From the IMG/VR virus record IMGVR_UViG_3300050821_013558: a stretch of DNA of 64,000 nucleotides; one strand, 5' to 3'. Below, piece after piece: positions 35,803-45,051 of this stretch (position 1 is the first letter of the stretch; each line of letters starts with the position of its first letter). The DNA comes from an uncultured virus (IMG/VR IMGVR_UViG_3300050821_013558) (taxonomy: Duplodnaviria; Heunggongvirae; Uroviricota; Caudoviricetes). The notes beneath the pieces are model-generated. The model searched no databases. It saw only the letters and a program-made list of their open reading frames with translations, and had not been told where the DNA came from. The position numbers and the translations under genes are program-made.

Positions 35803-36318
35803 TTGCCTGATTTCAATCTTTTCCAAAGAGTCGGTGATTTCTGTGAATTGCGCAAGGAATACCGTGCAACCGCTTTGAAGAACTTGCGCAAACGAGAAGG
35901 ACTTCCATCTCCTGTGGATGAGAACGGCAACGAACTAGAAACCCGTTTCGACGATCAGGGTAACGCGCACTACTACAACGCATCCGGCGAGAAACAGGAG
36001 CATGTCCTCTTTGCCGGTGCGGGCAAGGACGGCAAGCCCGGTTCCTTTGCCGTTGGTACGCGCAAGCAGGAGCCACGCGAACTGGCGGATGCCTCCTGGC
36101 ATTCAGAATCCGAGTTCCGGATTCTCGACGTCGCGGAAGACGGACGGCGTATCGAGAGTGAATTGGTTGATTTGCATCGGGACGTCGCAACCTACGAGAG
36201 GGCAGAGCGAGTTTCTCACGGCGACGCAGGCGAGCAGGTGCCAGAGTTGCATTTGGCGGGAACCTCAGACGAAGAGATCGACGAGACGCTGCAGAAGTTT
36301 TTGAAACGAGGGTTGTGA
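35803..36318 (+). CDS. Hypothetical acidic protein
   Basis: GGAGG SD, TTG start. Confidence 0.55.
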   Translation: MPDFNLFQRVGDFCELRKEYRATALKNLRKREGLPSPVDENGNELETRFDDQGNAHYYNASGEKQEHVLFAGAGKDGKPGSFAVGTRKQEPRELADASWHSESEFRILDVAEDGRRIESELVDLHRDVATYERAERVSHGDAGEQVPELHLAGTSDEEIDETLQKFLKRGL

Positions 36319-36740
36319 TGGGTTGCTTGGAAGATGATATTGATTACGCGCTGCGCGTCCAACGAGGCGAGATTAAGCTGCCTCCGCCACGGCCAAAGAT
36401 TGTCTGTCTCTGTGGGTCAACTCGCTTCACAGATCAAATGCTGGAGAAGCAATGGGAGTTGACTAAACAGGGGATCATTGTTGTCACTTGGTGCGCTTTG
36501 CCTGAAAGCTACTTTCAACGTACCCGCGCACGTGACGCTTTGAACGGTGATCTTGCGCATATTGGCGACAAGGAAAATGTCAAGGCTCAGGTGGACGAAC
36601 TTCACAAACGAAAAATCGATCTTGCTGACGAAGTGTTTGTGTTGAACGTCGGGGGCTATGTTGGTGACAGCACACGAAGTGAAATCGATTATGCGATTGC
36701 GCACGGCAAGCCTGTGATGTATATGGAACCGAGGAATTGA
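36315..36740 (+). CDS. Nucleoside 2-deoxyribosyltransferase-like protein
   Basis: IVCLCGSTRF, LHKRKIDLADEVFVLN.GGYVGDST.SEI.YA...GKPV. Confidence 0.7.
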   Translation: MMGCLEDDIDYALRVQRGEIKLPPPRPKIVCLCGSTRFTDQMLEKQWELTKQGIIVVTWCALPESYFQRTRARDALNGDLAHIGDKENVKAQVDELHKRKIDLADEVFVLNVGGYVGDSTRSEIDYAIAHGKPVMYMEPRN

Positions 36741-37507
36741 TGAATGACATTGAATCTGTAAAACCCGCTCTCACCGTAATTCTCGATGACGGGGATTTTA
36801 TCATCAACTCGACTGGCGCGATTGGTAAAGCAATGGCTCAATCTGTGCTTCCTCTCGCCGCCGGTGCTCAGCGTGTCACGATAATTTCTGACGGTGAGAT
36901 GCGGGTGATGAAAAGAAATCCAGCGGCAGAGAACGGAGTGGAAGCAAACGGCAAAGCCCCAGCCACTCCTCCAGCACGTAGGCCCGCTTCCCCAGCGCCA
37001 GTCGAAACCGGTCCCGACGTCCAGGACTCCTTCATTTCCGATCTTGAGTCCGGCGTCACAGGCGAGAAAGCCACAGGAGAACAACCCTCCCCCACTCCCG
37101 GCCCGTCCGATCCGGTCGCTATCCCAGCCAAGAAGCGTGTTCCCCGCATATACCAGGATGCCGCCGCGCCTCCCGCGCCGGAGCTGGCTGAGGCTGAGAT
37201 GGACCGTCTGCTGGCCGAGGCGCAGCAGGCTGAGGTTGAAGCGGCCAGGGTAGCCGAGGACCAGCGGTTCCAGCGCCAGCAGGCGGTGCAGGCCCAAGTG
37301 GAGCCCTCTGACGTTCCCGCCGAGCAGCCGGCAGAGGCGGCAAGGCCGCGTCGCCGGGAGCGCCAGCTTGCGACTACGGGTCGCCCCTGCGGCCGCTGCG
37401 GCGGGGGCGGGAAGATCGTCGGGGATGCTGGATTTGAAGGATCCTGCCCTGTGTGCCACGGCGAGGGTCAGGTGAAGACGTGGGATCGGTCGTTGAAGGT
37501 GAGGTAG
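36737..37507 (+). CDS. Pro/Ala-rich protein with C-terminal DnaJ-type zinc motif
   Basis: CGRCGGGG and CPVCHGEG. Confidence 0.6.
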   Translation: MMNDIESVKPALTVILDDGDFIINSTGAIGKAMAQSVLPLAAGAQRVTIISDGEMRVMKRNPAAENGVEANGKAPATPPARRPASPAPVETGPDVQDSFISDLESGVTGEKATGEQPSPTPGPSDPVAIPAKKRVPRIYQDAAAPPAPELAEAEMDRLLAEAQQAEVEAARVAEDQRFQRQQAVQAQVEPSDVPAEQPAEAARPRRRERQLATTGRPCGRCGGGGKIVGDAGFEGSCPVCHGEGQVKTWDRSLKVR

Positions 37508-37578
37508 GGGGGGGGAAAGTAGGGAAGTCTGTAGTACAGTAAGGTTGCAAACCAATCGGTCAATAGGGAGACAGTCTA

Positions 37579-38550
37579 GTGATCAATGTATTCGCACATA
37601 TAGATGACAGTAAAGGTAATCGAGTTGCCGAGATGATCGGTCCTGCGAATGCACTTTCCAAGGATGCCGATTCGATCTCGCAGGGTATTTATTTGTTGAG
37701 CGATACTATCATTCGCGGTCTTAAACCTGATTCTTTCGGTGGGTTTCTCGGCGGGCGTTTTGGTTACGCGACTGATTACGAGAACGAGGTTTTTCGTCTG
37801 CGTTTTGATAGACAACACGGGGAGTGCTCGTGCGGATTTGAGAAACTAGCAGAAGAGTGGCATTCTGCGCACCCTCACTCTTCCGAGTGCTACTATTCGC
37901 GGTTTAACGCTCTCACAGATGCATGGGAAAAAGAACATAATTGGGGGTTTACCCGTGGGGATGAACGGCGGCCTCTGTACGATCAGAAGGATAAGTACGA
38001 AAATAAGATTTCTCGTTCTCTATGCAAGGAACTCGGTATTCCTTGGAACAAGGGATGGCGCAGTGCGTGTCACTGTACCTGTGGGAAAGACGATCAGGCA
38101 AAACTTTGGTTTTCTGATCCTGCACACGATCATATAGAACCATGTGACATCTGGTGGATGAGCCAACCTCTTTTTATTCACAAGCGTACCGGCTTCGAGG
38201 TAAGTTGGTACAAGTGGATTGGTCGTGATATGAAGATGAACAGGGAATCGATTTTAGGCGAAGAATGGTCAGAAATTATTCAAGATTGTTATCGTTCTAT
38301 TCCTGAAGAGGCTCGCCTGAAAGCGCAGGCCGAACGTGATTACGAAGATACTCCAGAATATAAGTCTGAGCAGGAAGCGGCTCAGAATAGCATGATGGAG
38401 TTTATGCTCAACCCAGCAAAGTACGGTTGTCCGGTTAAGAAACATGTTTGCGATTCATGCGGCAAAGAATACGAGTACCAGGATTGGGCAACGATTGTTT
38501 CTGGGTCGTGCGATGACTGCACGAAGAAGCGTTTTCAGAGGATTCGTTGA
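37579..38550 (+). CDS. Cys/His-rich hypothetical protein
   Basis: 323-aa ORF, GGAG SD; YENEVF and VSWYKWIGRDM segments. Confidence 0.6.
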   Translation: MINVFAHIDDSKGNRVAEMIGPANALSKDADSISQGIYLLSDTIIRGLKPDSFGGFLGGRFGYATDYENEVFRLRFDRQHGECSCGFEKLAEEWHSAHPHSSECYYSRFNALTDAWEKEHNWGFTRGDERRPLYDQKDKYENKISRSLCKELGIPWNKGWRSACHCTCGKDDQAKLWFSDPAHDHIEPCDIWWMSQPLFIHKRTGFEVSWYKWIGRDMKMNRESILGEEWSEIIQDCYRSIPEEARLKAQAERDYEDTPEYKSEQEAAQNSMMEFMLNPAKYGCPVKKHVCDSCGKEYEYQDWATIVSGSCDDCTKKRFQRIR

Positions 38551-39152
38551 TGGCCACACTGCCCGATTCCGCGCTCCCCAACTGCGATAATCCGCAGCAC
38601 CCTCCTTCTCTCCCCCGTCGGATGATCTATCTTCAAACCAAGGATCACGCGCATGTGTTCGGCTGCCAGGCGTGCAAGGATGTAAACAAAAAGCTCTCCG
38701 TCCGTGTGATGACCGACCAGTTTTACAAAAGGGAGGTTCGCAAGACTCTGGCTGCTCAAGGTCAACTTCTTCGAGGGCCGATGCAGAAGCGCAAGCGCTC
38801 TCCTTTCGAAGTCGGCCTGATGCGGGAGATGTCGCTCGACGCAGCCCATCGCAATGCCGCTGCGCGTACGATCGACTGGGACTCCGAGCACCGGCGCTCG
38901 AAGGACGGCAAATACGAGCTGGTCGAGTACAAAGAACTCGGCGAAGGCGCGCTGCGCATCCAGATGGCGATCAACGGCAAGCTATGTCCTCAGATGGACG
39001 ACCATGTAGCCAGCCGCGAAGAGTTCAGGACCGAGGAAGAATACTGGTCGCGCGTGGCGCGCGGGAGCGAGTTGATTTTGTACTTGTACGGCGATCCGAG
39101 GAATCCATTGACGCCGGAAGAGTCGGCTTTGAGAGAACAGGAGACTTTCTGA
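38547..39152 (+). CDS. Hypothetical protein
   Basis: Coupled ORF on coding strand. Confidence 0.6.
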   Translation: MMATLPDSALPNCDNPQHPPSLPRRMIYLQTKDHAHVFGCQACKDVNKKLSVRVMTDQFYKREVRKTLAAQGQLLRGPMQKRKRSPFEVGLMREMSLDAAHRNAAARTIDWDSEHRRSKDGKYELVEYKELGEGALRIQMAINGKLCPQMDDHVASREEFRTEEEYWSRVARGSELILYLYGDPRNPLTPEESALREQETF

Positions 39153-39401
39153 GATGAGACTCACAATCGAGGTAGTCGTATTCTTTGTCTCAGTTTGGTC
39201 AGCGTATCGTCTTGGCAAGATGGAGACTGCGAGGTTTGTTTGGAACTTGCTGTCCAATCAAAGAAATGAAGGAATGGCTGAGGCTGTATGTTTGTATTGT
39301 GCGATGATGAATCCTAATATTCTGCATCGGAACGGATGGAAGTGTGTGAATGATGTGTATCTTGCGCTTCGAAGTAAGAAAGAATTGACGGACAACATCT
39401 G

Positions 39402-39572
39402 ATGACTTACACCTACGCTATCCTCGAAGTCAGCCACGCAGCCTACGTCGAAATCAAATCGAAGTTGGAAGCGGCAGGATACTCCGATCAATTCCATGAC
39501 GACCGTGACGGCGACGGGGTTGTCATCGACATGCACGGCATCGCTTTGAAAGACGAAGGAGAATCAAATTGA
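39402..39572 (+). CDS. 56-aa hypothetical protein (MTYTYAILEVS...), not in ORF track
   Basis: TGATG coupling upstream; ends on SD/start of next gene. Confidence 0.55.
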   Translation: MTYTYAILEVSHAAYVEIKSKLEAAGYSDQFHDDRDGDGVVIDMHGIALKDEGESN

Positions 39573-40096
39573 GCAAACTCGCAGCAGTCCGCACCGGTCA
39601 GGCCACCCAGGGCATCGGCGCTGTTCCTAACGGTATTCATCCGCCAGCCGTTATCGATGACCTCGATCCACCTCCGGTCATCAATCCCCGCTCTGCGCAC
39701 TCGGCTGCGGCTGCGACTGTGACGGCCGCGTGGCTGTCGCTTGAAGCCAAAGAGATCGAAGTCAGGAATTATTTTCGATCTATCTCCGTGGCGTCGGGTT
39801 TGGAGATGCTCGCCAAGATGCGCAAGCAATGTGACATGGCTGCTGAGTCGCTTCAAGGCCGCATGGATGAGGACAACACGCAGCGATGTACCGGTTGCGG
39901 GAAGACGCTGGAGGAACTGCGGAAAACGCAATTTCTGATGATGGGTGCCGATACCGATCCTGAAACCGGCGTTCCTGTGCCGTATCGCTTCTGTGGCCCG
40001 ATGTGTATTCGTGAACGCAATAAGGAGCGGATGCTGCCTAAGGAAGAGAGAAACAAGCTGCGGTTTGACGGACAGGACATGGGTGATATCCGGTGA
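39569..40096 (+). CDS. Hypothetical protein with treble-clef-like Cys motif
   Basis: AAGGAG SD; CTGCGK...FCGPMC. Confidence 0.6.
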   Translation: MSKLAAVRTGQATQGIGAVPNGIHPPAVIDDLDPPPVINPRSAHSAAAATVTAAWLSLEAKEIEVRNYFRSISVASGLEMLAKMRKQCDMAAESLQGRMDEDNTQRCTGCGKTLEELRKTQFLMMGADTDPETGVPVPYRFCGPMCIRERNKERMLPKEERNKLRFDGQDMGDIR

Positions 40097-40407
40097 GCCA
40101 GAAGTACGAAGACATCCTCAAAAACTCCGTCGAGAAGCTCTCCCTCGGTCCCAATGACATCCTCATTGTGAAGTCTCAGGAAGCCATGAGCACTTTTCTG
40201 GAGATGACACAACAAGGTATCGGTTTTTCGAAGTACGCCAACCCGATTCTGCTCGTCCCCGGCGGCCTGGAGAAGGCGACGCGGGAAGATCTGCTGGACG
40301 CGCTGCGGATTCTGGATGAGAAAGCTGCGAACGAAGGGAAGCCAGAGGAGCAGGTTTCGCGGATCATTACGGATTTGAATGGGCCGATGATCAGGAAGGT
40401 TCAATGA
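40093..40407 (+). CDS. Hypothetical protein
   Basis: GTGA/ATGA coupling. Confidence 0.6.
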   Translation: MSQKYEDILKNSVEKLSLGPNDILIVKSQEAMSTFLEMTQQGIGFSKYANPILLVPGGLEKATREDLLDALRILDEKAANEGKPEEQVSRIITDLNGPMIRKVQ

Positions 40408-40576
40408 CAACGCACACTATCCTCCATCCGCGAGTCACTTGTTGCGCGCAGATATTCCTCGATCCTGCGGGCATGTCCAGTACGTATTGCCAACGCGAGC
40501 TGGGCCACCCGGACGAGGCAGTGAAGGGGTATCCCGGCGGCCACAACATTGTGGACGCGCCTCCTGCGGTGAAGAA

Positions 40577-40888
40577 ATGACCAAGCCTTTGAGTCCGCTT
40601 CATCGGCCGCTGGATATCATCGACGCCAGTGACATAGGAGAACCTTACGTCCCTCCTTCTCCCCCTCCGATCCCCTCGCGCATCGCGCGTCTCGCTCAGC
40701 TCGACTCCCATTCGCTCTCCGGGCGCCAGCACTCGCTCGGCCCTGGCGGTGCCTCAGCAATGTTCACGCAGGCGGTGCAGAGAGCGCTGGTTGAAGAGAT
40801 GGCCGCTCAGTTGCGTGGCGCGGATTGGCGGGAAACAGATATTGGTAGATGGGCTGCGGGGATCATTGCTGCGTTTTGTGAGGAGTAG
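40577..40888 (+). CDS. Hypothetical protein
   Basis: ATGA overlap with 58-aa ORF 40404..40580. Confidence 0.5.
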   Translation: MTKPLSPLHRPLDIIDASDIGEPYVPPSPPPIPSRIARLAQLDSHSLSGRQHSLGPGGASAMFTQAVQRALVEEMAAQLRGADWRETDIGRWAAGIIAAFCEE

Positions 40889-40890
40889 TC

Positions 40891-41262
40891 ATGGCGGATA
40901 CATACAAGGCTCCTGCGGATAGCTGGGTTTGCTTCCATTGCGGTGAGCGATTCACGACGCGGGGAAGCGCCGAGGATCACTTTGGTGCCAAGCCGAATGC
41001 TACCGCTGCGTGTCTGATTAAGGTCGGAGAGGAACTCGGCCTGGTAATGGAATTGCGTCGCGTAGAGAAGGATCGTGAGTTCTTGTGGGACTTGCTCGAC
41101 GACATCGATACCGTGAGCGACGCCGCCAAGTCTGATGATGCGGGGTATTGTCGAGCGGTCACACGAATCTAGGCACGCAGGCACGAGGTCGGGGAATCTC
41201 GCGATGGTCAAACGATCACGTGGAAGAACACAGGTCGTCATTTCGACAAGGTGACTGTGTAA
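40891..41262 (+). pseudogene. Zn-finger protein gene interrupted by in-frame TAG (41170-41172)
   Basis: Frame stays open 29 codons past TAG and ends in TAATG coupled to next gene. Confidence 0.5.
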
Positions 41263-41561
41263 TGGACTCCATCTCTCCCGTTCTGACAGACGCTGAAGTC
41301 CCCACTGAGCAGGTCGTCGCGCTCGGGCAGGAGGAGTTTTATTCGATCGTGGTTGCTCGCGTTTGGCATGTAAGCTCGACTGAAGACGGGAAGCAGGAAG
41401 GAACTCCTTCTTCCTACACTCGTTTTCGCTTCACCGCCGCGGAGAGGGATTTGGTTTTGAAAGGGGCGGACTTGATCCTCGGTCAGCCGCACCACTCGGT
41501 AATGATGCCGGTCAGTTTACAGTTGGCGATGCCGGGAGAGTATCCGGTTTCTGAGAAATGA
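41262..41561 (+). CDS. Hypothetical protein
   Basis: TAATG coupling; start re-called. Confidence 0.55.
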   Translation: MDSISPVLTDAEVPTEQVVALGQEEFYSIVVARVWHVSSTEDGKQEGTPSSYTRFRFTAAERDLVLKGADLILGQPHHSVMMPVSLQLAMPGEYPVSEK

Positions 41562-41651
41562 AGTGCTCAGTAGGGATGCAAACGGGGTATAATTATGGGG
41601 TCACGGTGTTTGAGCACCTGGCCAAGACCTCATCGCTTGAAGGAGCGACTT

Positions 41652-42146
41652 ATGACCCCACAAAGAGCATATCGCATTAAAGAGGCAGTCTGTTACTTTA
41701 CAGACAAAAACAACAAGCGTGCTGTGATGCGCGATGTCGTATTGGGAGAGGTCATCACTCCGCGAATCGAGCATATTTTCTCTAAAGGTCAGTGCCACGC
41801 TCTTGCGGTCGCGTTGCATGAGATTCTTGGGTGGGAAGTGATGGGTGCGTGTGATTTTTGGGGCGGCGGCTCTCGCCACACGTACCATTACGTTATTCAG
41901 TGCCCAGACCACCGAGGCGATGCGGACATCCACGGAATTCGTTGTTTGGACCATGGTTTGCGAAAGGCGAATGTAGGCGCGATTCTCGGTGGAAGGGTTA
42001 GAGGATTCTTGCCGCCAGCAATGAGCTTTGCCAGGCACTACGCCAAGATTATCGCTCCTGAGATTCAGAAGCAGTGGGATGCTTTGAAAGCCGGGAAGTC
42101 TAAACCGCGCTGGACGTTGTGCTCGGAAGGATACGACGATAAATAG
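41652..42146 (+). CDS. Hypothetical protein, possible Cys-His-Asp (transglutaminase/papain-like) fold
   Basis: GQCHALAVALH...GW, HYVI, DADIHG; AAGGAG SD. Confidence 0.5.
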   Translation: MTPQRAYRIKEAVCYFTDKNNKRAVMRDVVLGEVITPRIEHIFSKGQCHALAVALHEILGWEVMGACDFWGGGSRHTYHYVIQCPDHRGDADIHGIRCLDHGLRKANVGAILGGRVRGFLPPAMSFARHYAKIIAPEIQKQWDALKAGKSKPRWTLCSEGYDDK

Positions 42147-45040
42147 TGCCTCTCGATCTTCAACACGTTGAAAAATTCTTCACGCGACTGCATATCCGCG
42201 ATAGAGACGAGGGAACGTTTGTCCCTTTCACACTTCGTCCTCAGCAGCAGGAGATATTTCACTTAGCTAAAGAGCATCTTGCGCGGCGTCGTAGACTGTT
42301 TATTATCTTCCTCAAAGCTCGTCGTCTTGGAATTTCCACCATCGCAACCGGGCTCGGTCAAGCGCACTGCATTGCACATCCAGGGTCCATGGCGCGCTGC
42401 ATCGCACAGAATGCCAAAGTAGCGTCTGCTAATTTCGAGATGGCCGGTAGTTTTTTCAAGGACTGCCGCGACCTATATCCTGGCGCAGCTAAGCCCACTA
42501 AGTCTCTACTTGTATGGCCACATTCTGACGGACCTGATTCTACTTTCGAGCATCATACCGCAGCTACGGTTCACGGTCAGCGCGGACTAACTTCGTCTTT
42601 CATTCATTTAACCGAAGCAGCGTTTTATCCCTACGAAGGGGTGTTCACGAGTTTGCTCAACACGCTGAGCATGGATAAAAATAACGCCTGCTTAGTTGAA
42701 ACAACAGCAAATGGCCAAGAAGGCCCTGGCGAAGCGTACTACCAGTATTGGGAAGCGGCGATGTCAGGAGAAAACGAGTTTCTTCCTATTTTTCTGCCGT
42801 GGTGGGACGATCCGGCGTATGTGCTGCCGGAAGAACTTGCTCAAGACGCTCCTCGCGATGAGTACGAGAAGCGTTTAATGAATGATATCAGACACTGGAA
42901 GACGGGGAAGAAAGTTAAGTTAGGCAAAGATCGCATCGCGTGGTTTCGCGAAACACTCTCCACACGTTGCGAAGGAATTTTGGAAAAATTTCGCGCTGAG
43001 TACCCATCTGACCCGCAGGAAGCTTTTATCGCCACAGGCAACCCTGCGTTCACGATTGAAGAGATTCAATTTGCTGAAAATGCGGTAGTGAAGATCCCTC
43101 CGTTCCGCGGCCGATGCGTTCTCTCAAGTGATCTCAAGCACGGTGAACTTCAGAAGGGAACGGACGGGCCGTTGGTAGTCTACGAGACTCCACAAAAAGG
43201 TCACCATTATTTCGCGGGCGTGGACTCCGCACGAGGTGAAGAAAACACGATGGCCCCCGGCGATTATGCGGCTATTGTGGTGTGGAACGGAGAGACCGGA
43301 GATTTGGCGGCACGGTATATGTCTCGCGTGTCTCCGGAAGAGCTTGCTCCTGTAGCTGCAGCTCTCGGCTATTATTTCAATGGAGCCATGCTCAATGTTG
43401 AGCTGAACAATATCGGCTACGTCACGATGCGTGAACTTCGTGACCGGCTTTACTATCCGAACCAATATATCTGGAAGGGCCGCGATGACCGCGTGGATCG
43501 CTCGAAGCAAGGTGTGGCCTACGGATTTGAGACTTCCGATCGCTATCGGAAGATGATGTTCTCTATGTTTCGTAATTCTCTTTATCGCAAAGAGGTCGTG
43601 CCGAAGGATCGTGTATTCGTGGATCAGATGAAGAAAGCGAAGATGGAAATGGCTTGGCGCTGGAATGTTGCAGTTGGCCACGATGATGTTCTTATGTGTC
43701 TCAATCCAAAAGAGTTAGTAGAAACTCAAGATGGATTAAAACACATTTGTGATATTCGGCCAAGTGAATTCGTGCGGACCCACACAGGTGAACTCCATCA
43801 AGTTCAAGGTGTCATGTCGCGTGAAGTCAATGAGGAAATGATTCACGTTGGTGTGATGGGAAATCCCGAGCCCACAAGTACGACAAGTAACCACCCTTAC
43901 TATGTGTGTCGGTACGAATGGAACAAACGCAACGGGGAACTAACTAGAACCAAAAAACAGGTCGAGATGCCGTCATGGAAGGCGGCGTCTGATGTACGCC
44001 TTGGGGATTCAGTGTTGTTTCCAAAGAGAAAGAATCTTCCTCTTGCCAGTCTTCCTCTCGACCAGTTATGGATTTTGGGTTGGTACTTAGCTGAGGGTTC
44101 ACGTTGCCGCAGGATTAAAAAAAGTCAAATGGCATTTTCGATTTCATTTGGATTGAACTCTTCGGAACGTAGTGTGGCGGAGCGGATATGCGAAATTTTG
44201 ATTAAGTACGATCCTCCTTCCAAATCTAATCAGAAGTCTCCGCGCATAGAAGACGTAAAAGGAAAAAATGCAATTCGTGTGAATTATAGTTCACGGTATT
44301 GGCATGCTTTTTTTACTAAATTGGCTGGCGGTTTGCAACAAGTTCGTAAAATCGATTCCTCAGTCTACAACTGTTCTGGGCTTTTGCCTCTCGTAGCTGC
44401 TTTCATGTCCGGCGATGGGTCTCAGCCAAAAGGGCAGCGTCATGCAGTTCACGGGAGTAGCACATCGCGTGTACTCATTCACCAGATCAGACAGATCATG
44501 ATAGATGAGGGTATTTGGTCTACAATCCACAAACCGAAAAATCAGGAAATTTGGGCATTGTGTGCGAGCGCTGAGTTTATTGAACGCTTTGTAGGTATTT
44601 CGAAATTTCATTCTATTGAGCATGAGAGAAAGTTTCACAAACGGCACGTCGTCGAGACAGATGAGGGATTTTGGGCACCAATCAAATCGCTCGCATTGAT
44701 ACCGTACTCTGGTCCGGTGTTGAATCTTGATATCGAGGGAGATCACACCTACCAGGCGCAGGGAGTAGCTGTTCACAACTCGGGCTTCCTCGGATGGATC
44801 GCAAAAGAGCAAAATCATCAGTTCGCATGTCAGCGCAAGTCAAGCAAAAACGTCATGATGTCCAAAGAAGAACTCGAAAACGCAGGCTTCGCACCTGCCC
44901 GCGGTCAGATGCCTGAGTGGCTGAAAGCACCGGAGGTGACTGGAGCCGGGATGCTGTTGACCAGCGGCAACGATCACCTTAAGAAGCTCGAAATTTATGC
45001 GAAGAAAAAAGCGCGTATGAATCGCTTAGAGTGGGTCTAG
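42146..45040 (+). CDS. terL: Terminase large subunit containing an intein
   Basis: Walker A-like LKARRLGIST, Walker B IHLTEAAF, ETTANG, nuclease GVDSARG...GDY...HDD. Confidence 0.92.
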   Translation: MPLDLQHVEKFFTRLHIRDRDEGTFVPFTLRPQQQEIFHLAKEHLARRRRLFIIFLKARRLGISTIATGLGQAHCIAHPGSMARCIAQNAKVASANFEMAGSFFKDCRDLYPGAAKPTKSLLVWPHSDGPDSTFEHHTAATVHGQRGLTSSFIHLTEAAFYPYEGVFTSLLNTLSMDKNNACLVETTANGQEGPGEAYYQYWEAAMSGENEFLPIFLPWWDDPAYVLPEELAQDAPRDEYEKRLMNDIRHWKTGKKVKLGKDRIAWFRETLSTRCEGILEKFRAEYPSDPQEAFIATGNPAFTIEEIQFAENAVVKIPPFRGRCVLSSDLKHGELQKGTDGPLVVYETPQKGHHYFAGVDSARGEENTMAPGDYAAIVVWNGETGDLAARYMSRVSPEELAPVAAALGYYFNGAMLNVELNNIGYVTMRELRDRLYYPNQYIWKGRDDRVDRSKQGVAYGFETSDRYRKMMFSMFRNSLYRKEVVPKDRVFVDQMKKAKMEMAWRWNVAVGHDDVLMCLNPKELVETQDGLKHICDIRPSEFVRTHTGELHQVQGVMSREVNEEMIHVGVMGNPEPTSTTSNHPYYVCRYEWNKRNGELTRTKKQVEMPSWKAASDVRLGDSVLFPKRKNLPLASLPLDQLWILGWYLAEGSRCRRIKKSQMAFSISFGLNSSERSVAERICEILIKYDPPSKSNQKSPRIEDVKGKNAIRVNYSSRYWHAFFTKLAGGLQQVRKIDSSVYNCSGLLPLVAAFMSGDGSQPKGQRHAVHGSSTSRVLIHQIRQIMIDEGIWSTIHKPKNQEIWALCASAEFIERFVGISKFHSIEHERKFHKRHVVETDEGFWAPIKSLALIPYSGPVLNLDIEGDHTYQAQGVAVHNSGFLGWIAKEQNHQFACQRKSSKNVMMSKEELENAGFAPARGQMPEWLKAPEVTGAGMLLTSGNDHLKKLEIYAKKKARMNRLEWV
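43697..44779 (+). mobile_element. 361-aa intein with LAGLIDADG homing endonuclease
   Basis: Starts CLNPKELV, TT.NHPY block B, LGWYLAEG and AFMSGDG, VLNLDIEGDHTY, ends VHN followed by Ser. Confidence 0.95.
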
Positions 45041-45051
45041 GGGGCGCAGAG

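Noticed and set aside
37507..37515. G9 homopolymer as a phase-variation tract
   Set aside because: Intergenic and directly after a stop; no clear promoter-spacer role; could be a sequencing artefact
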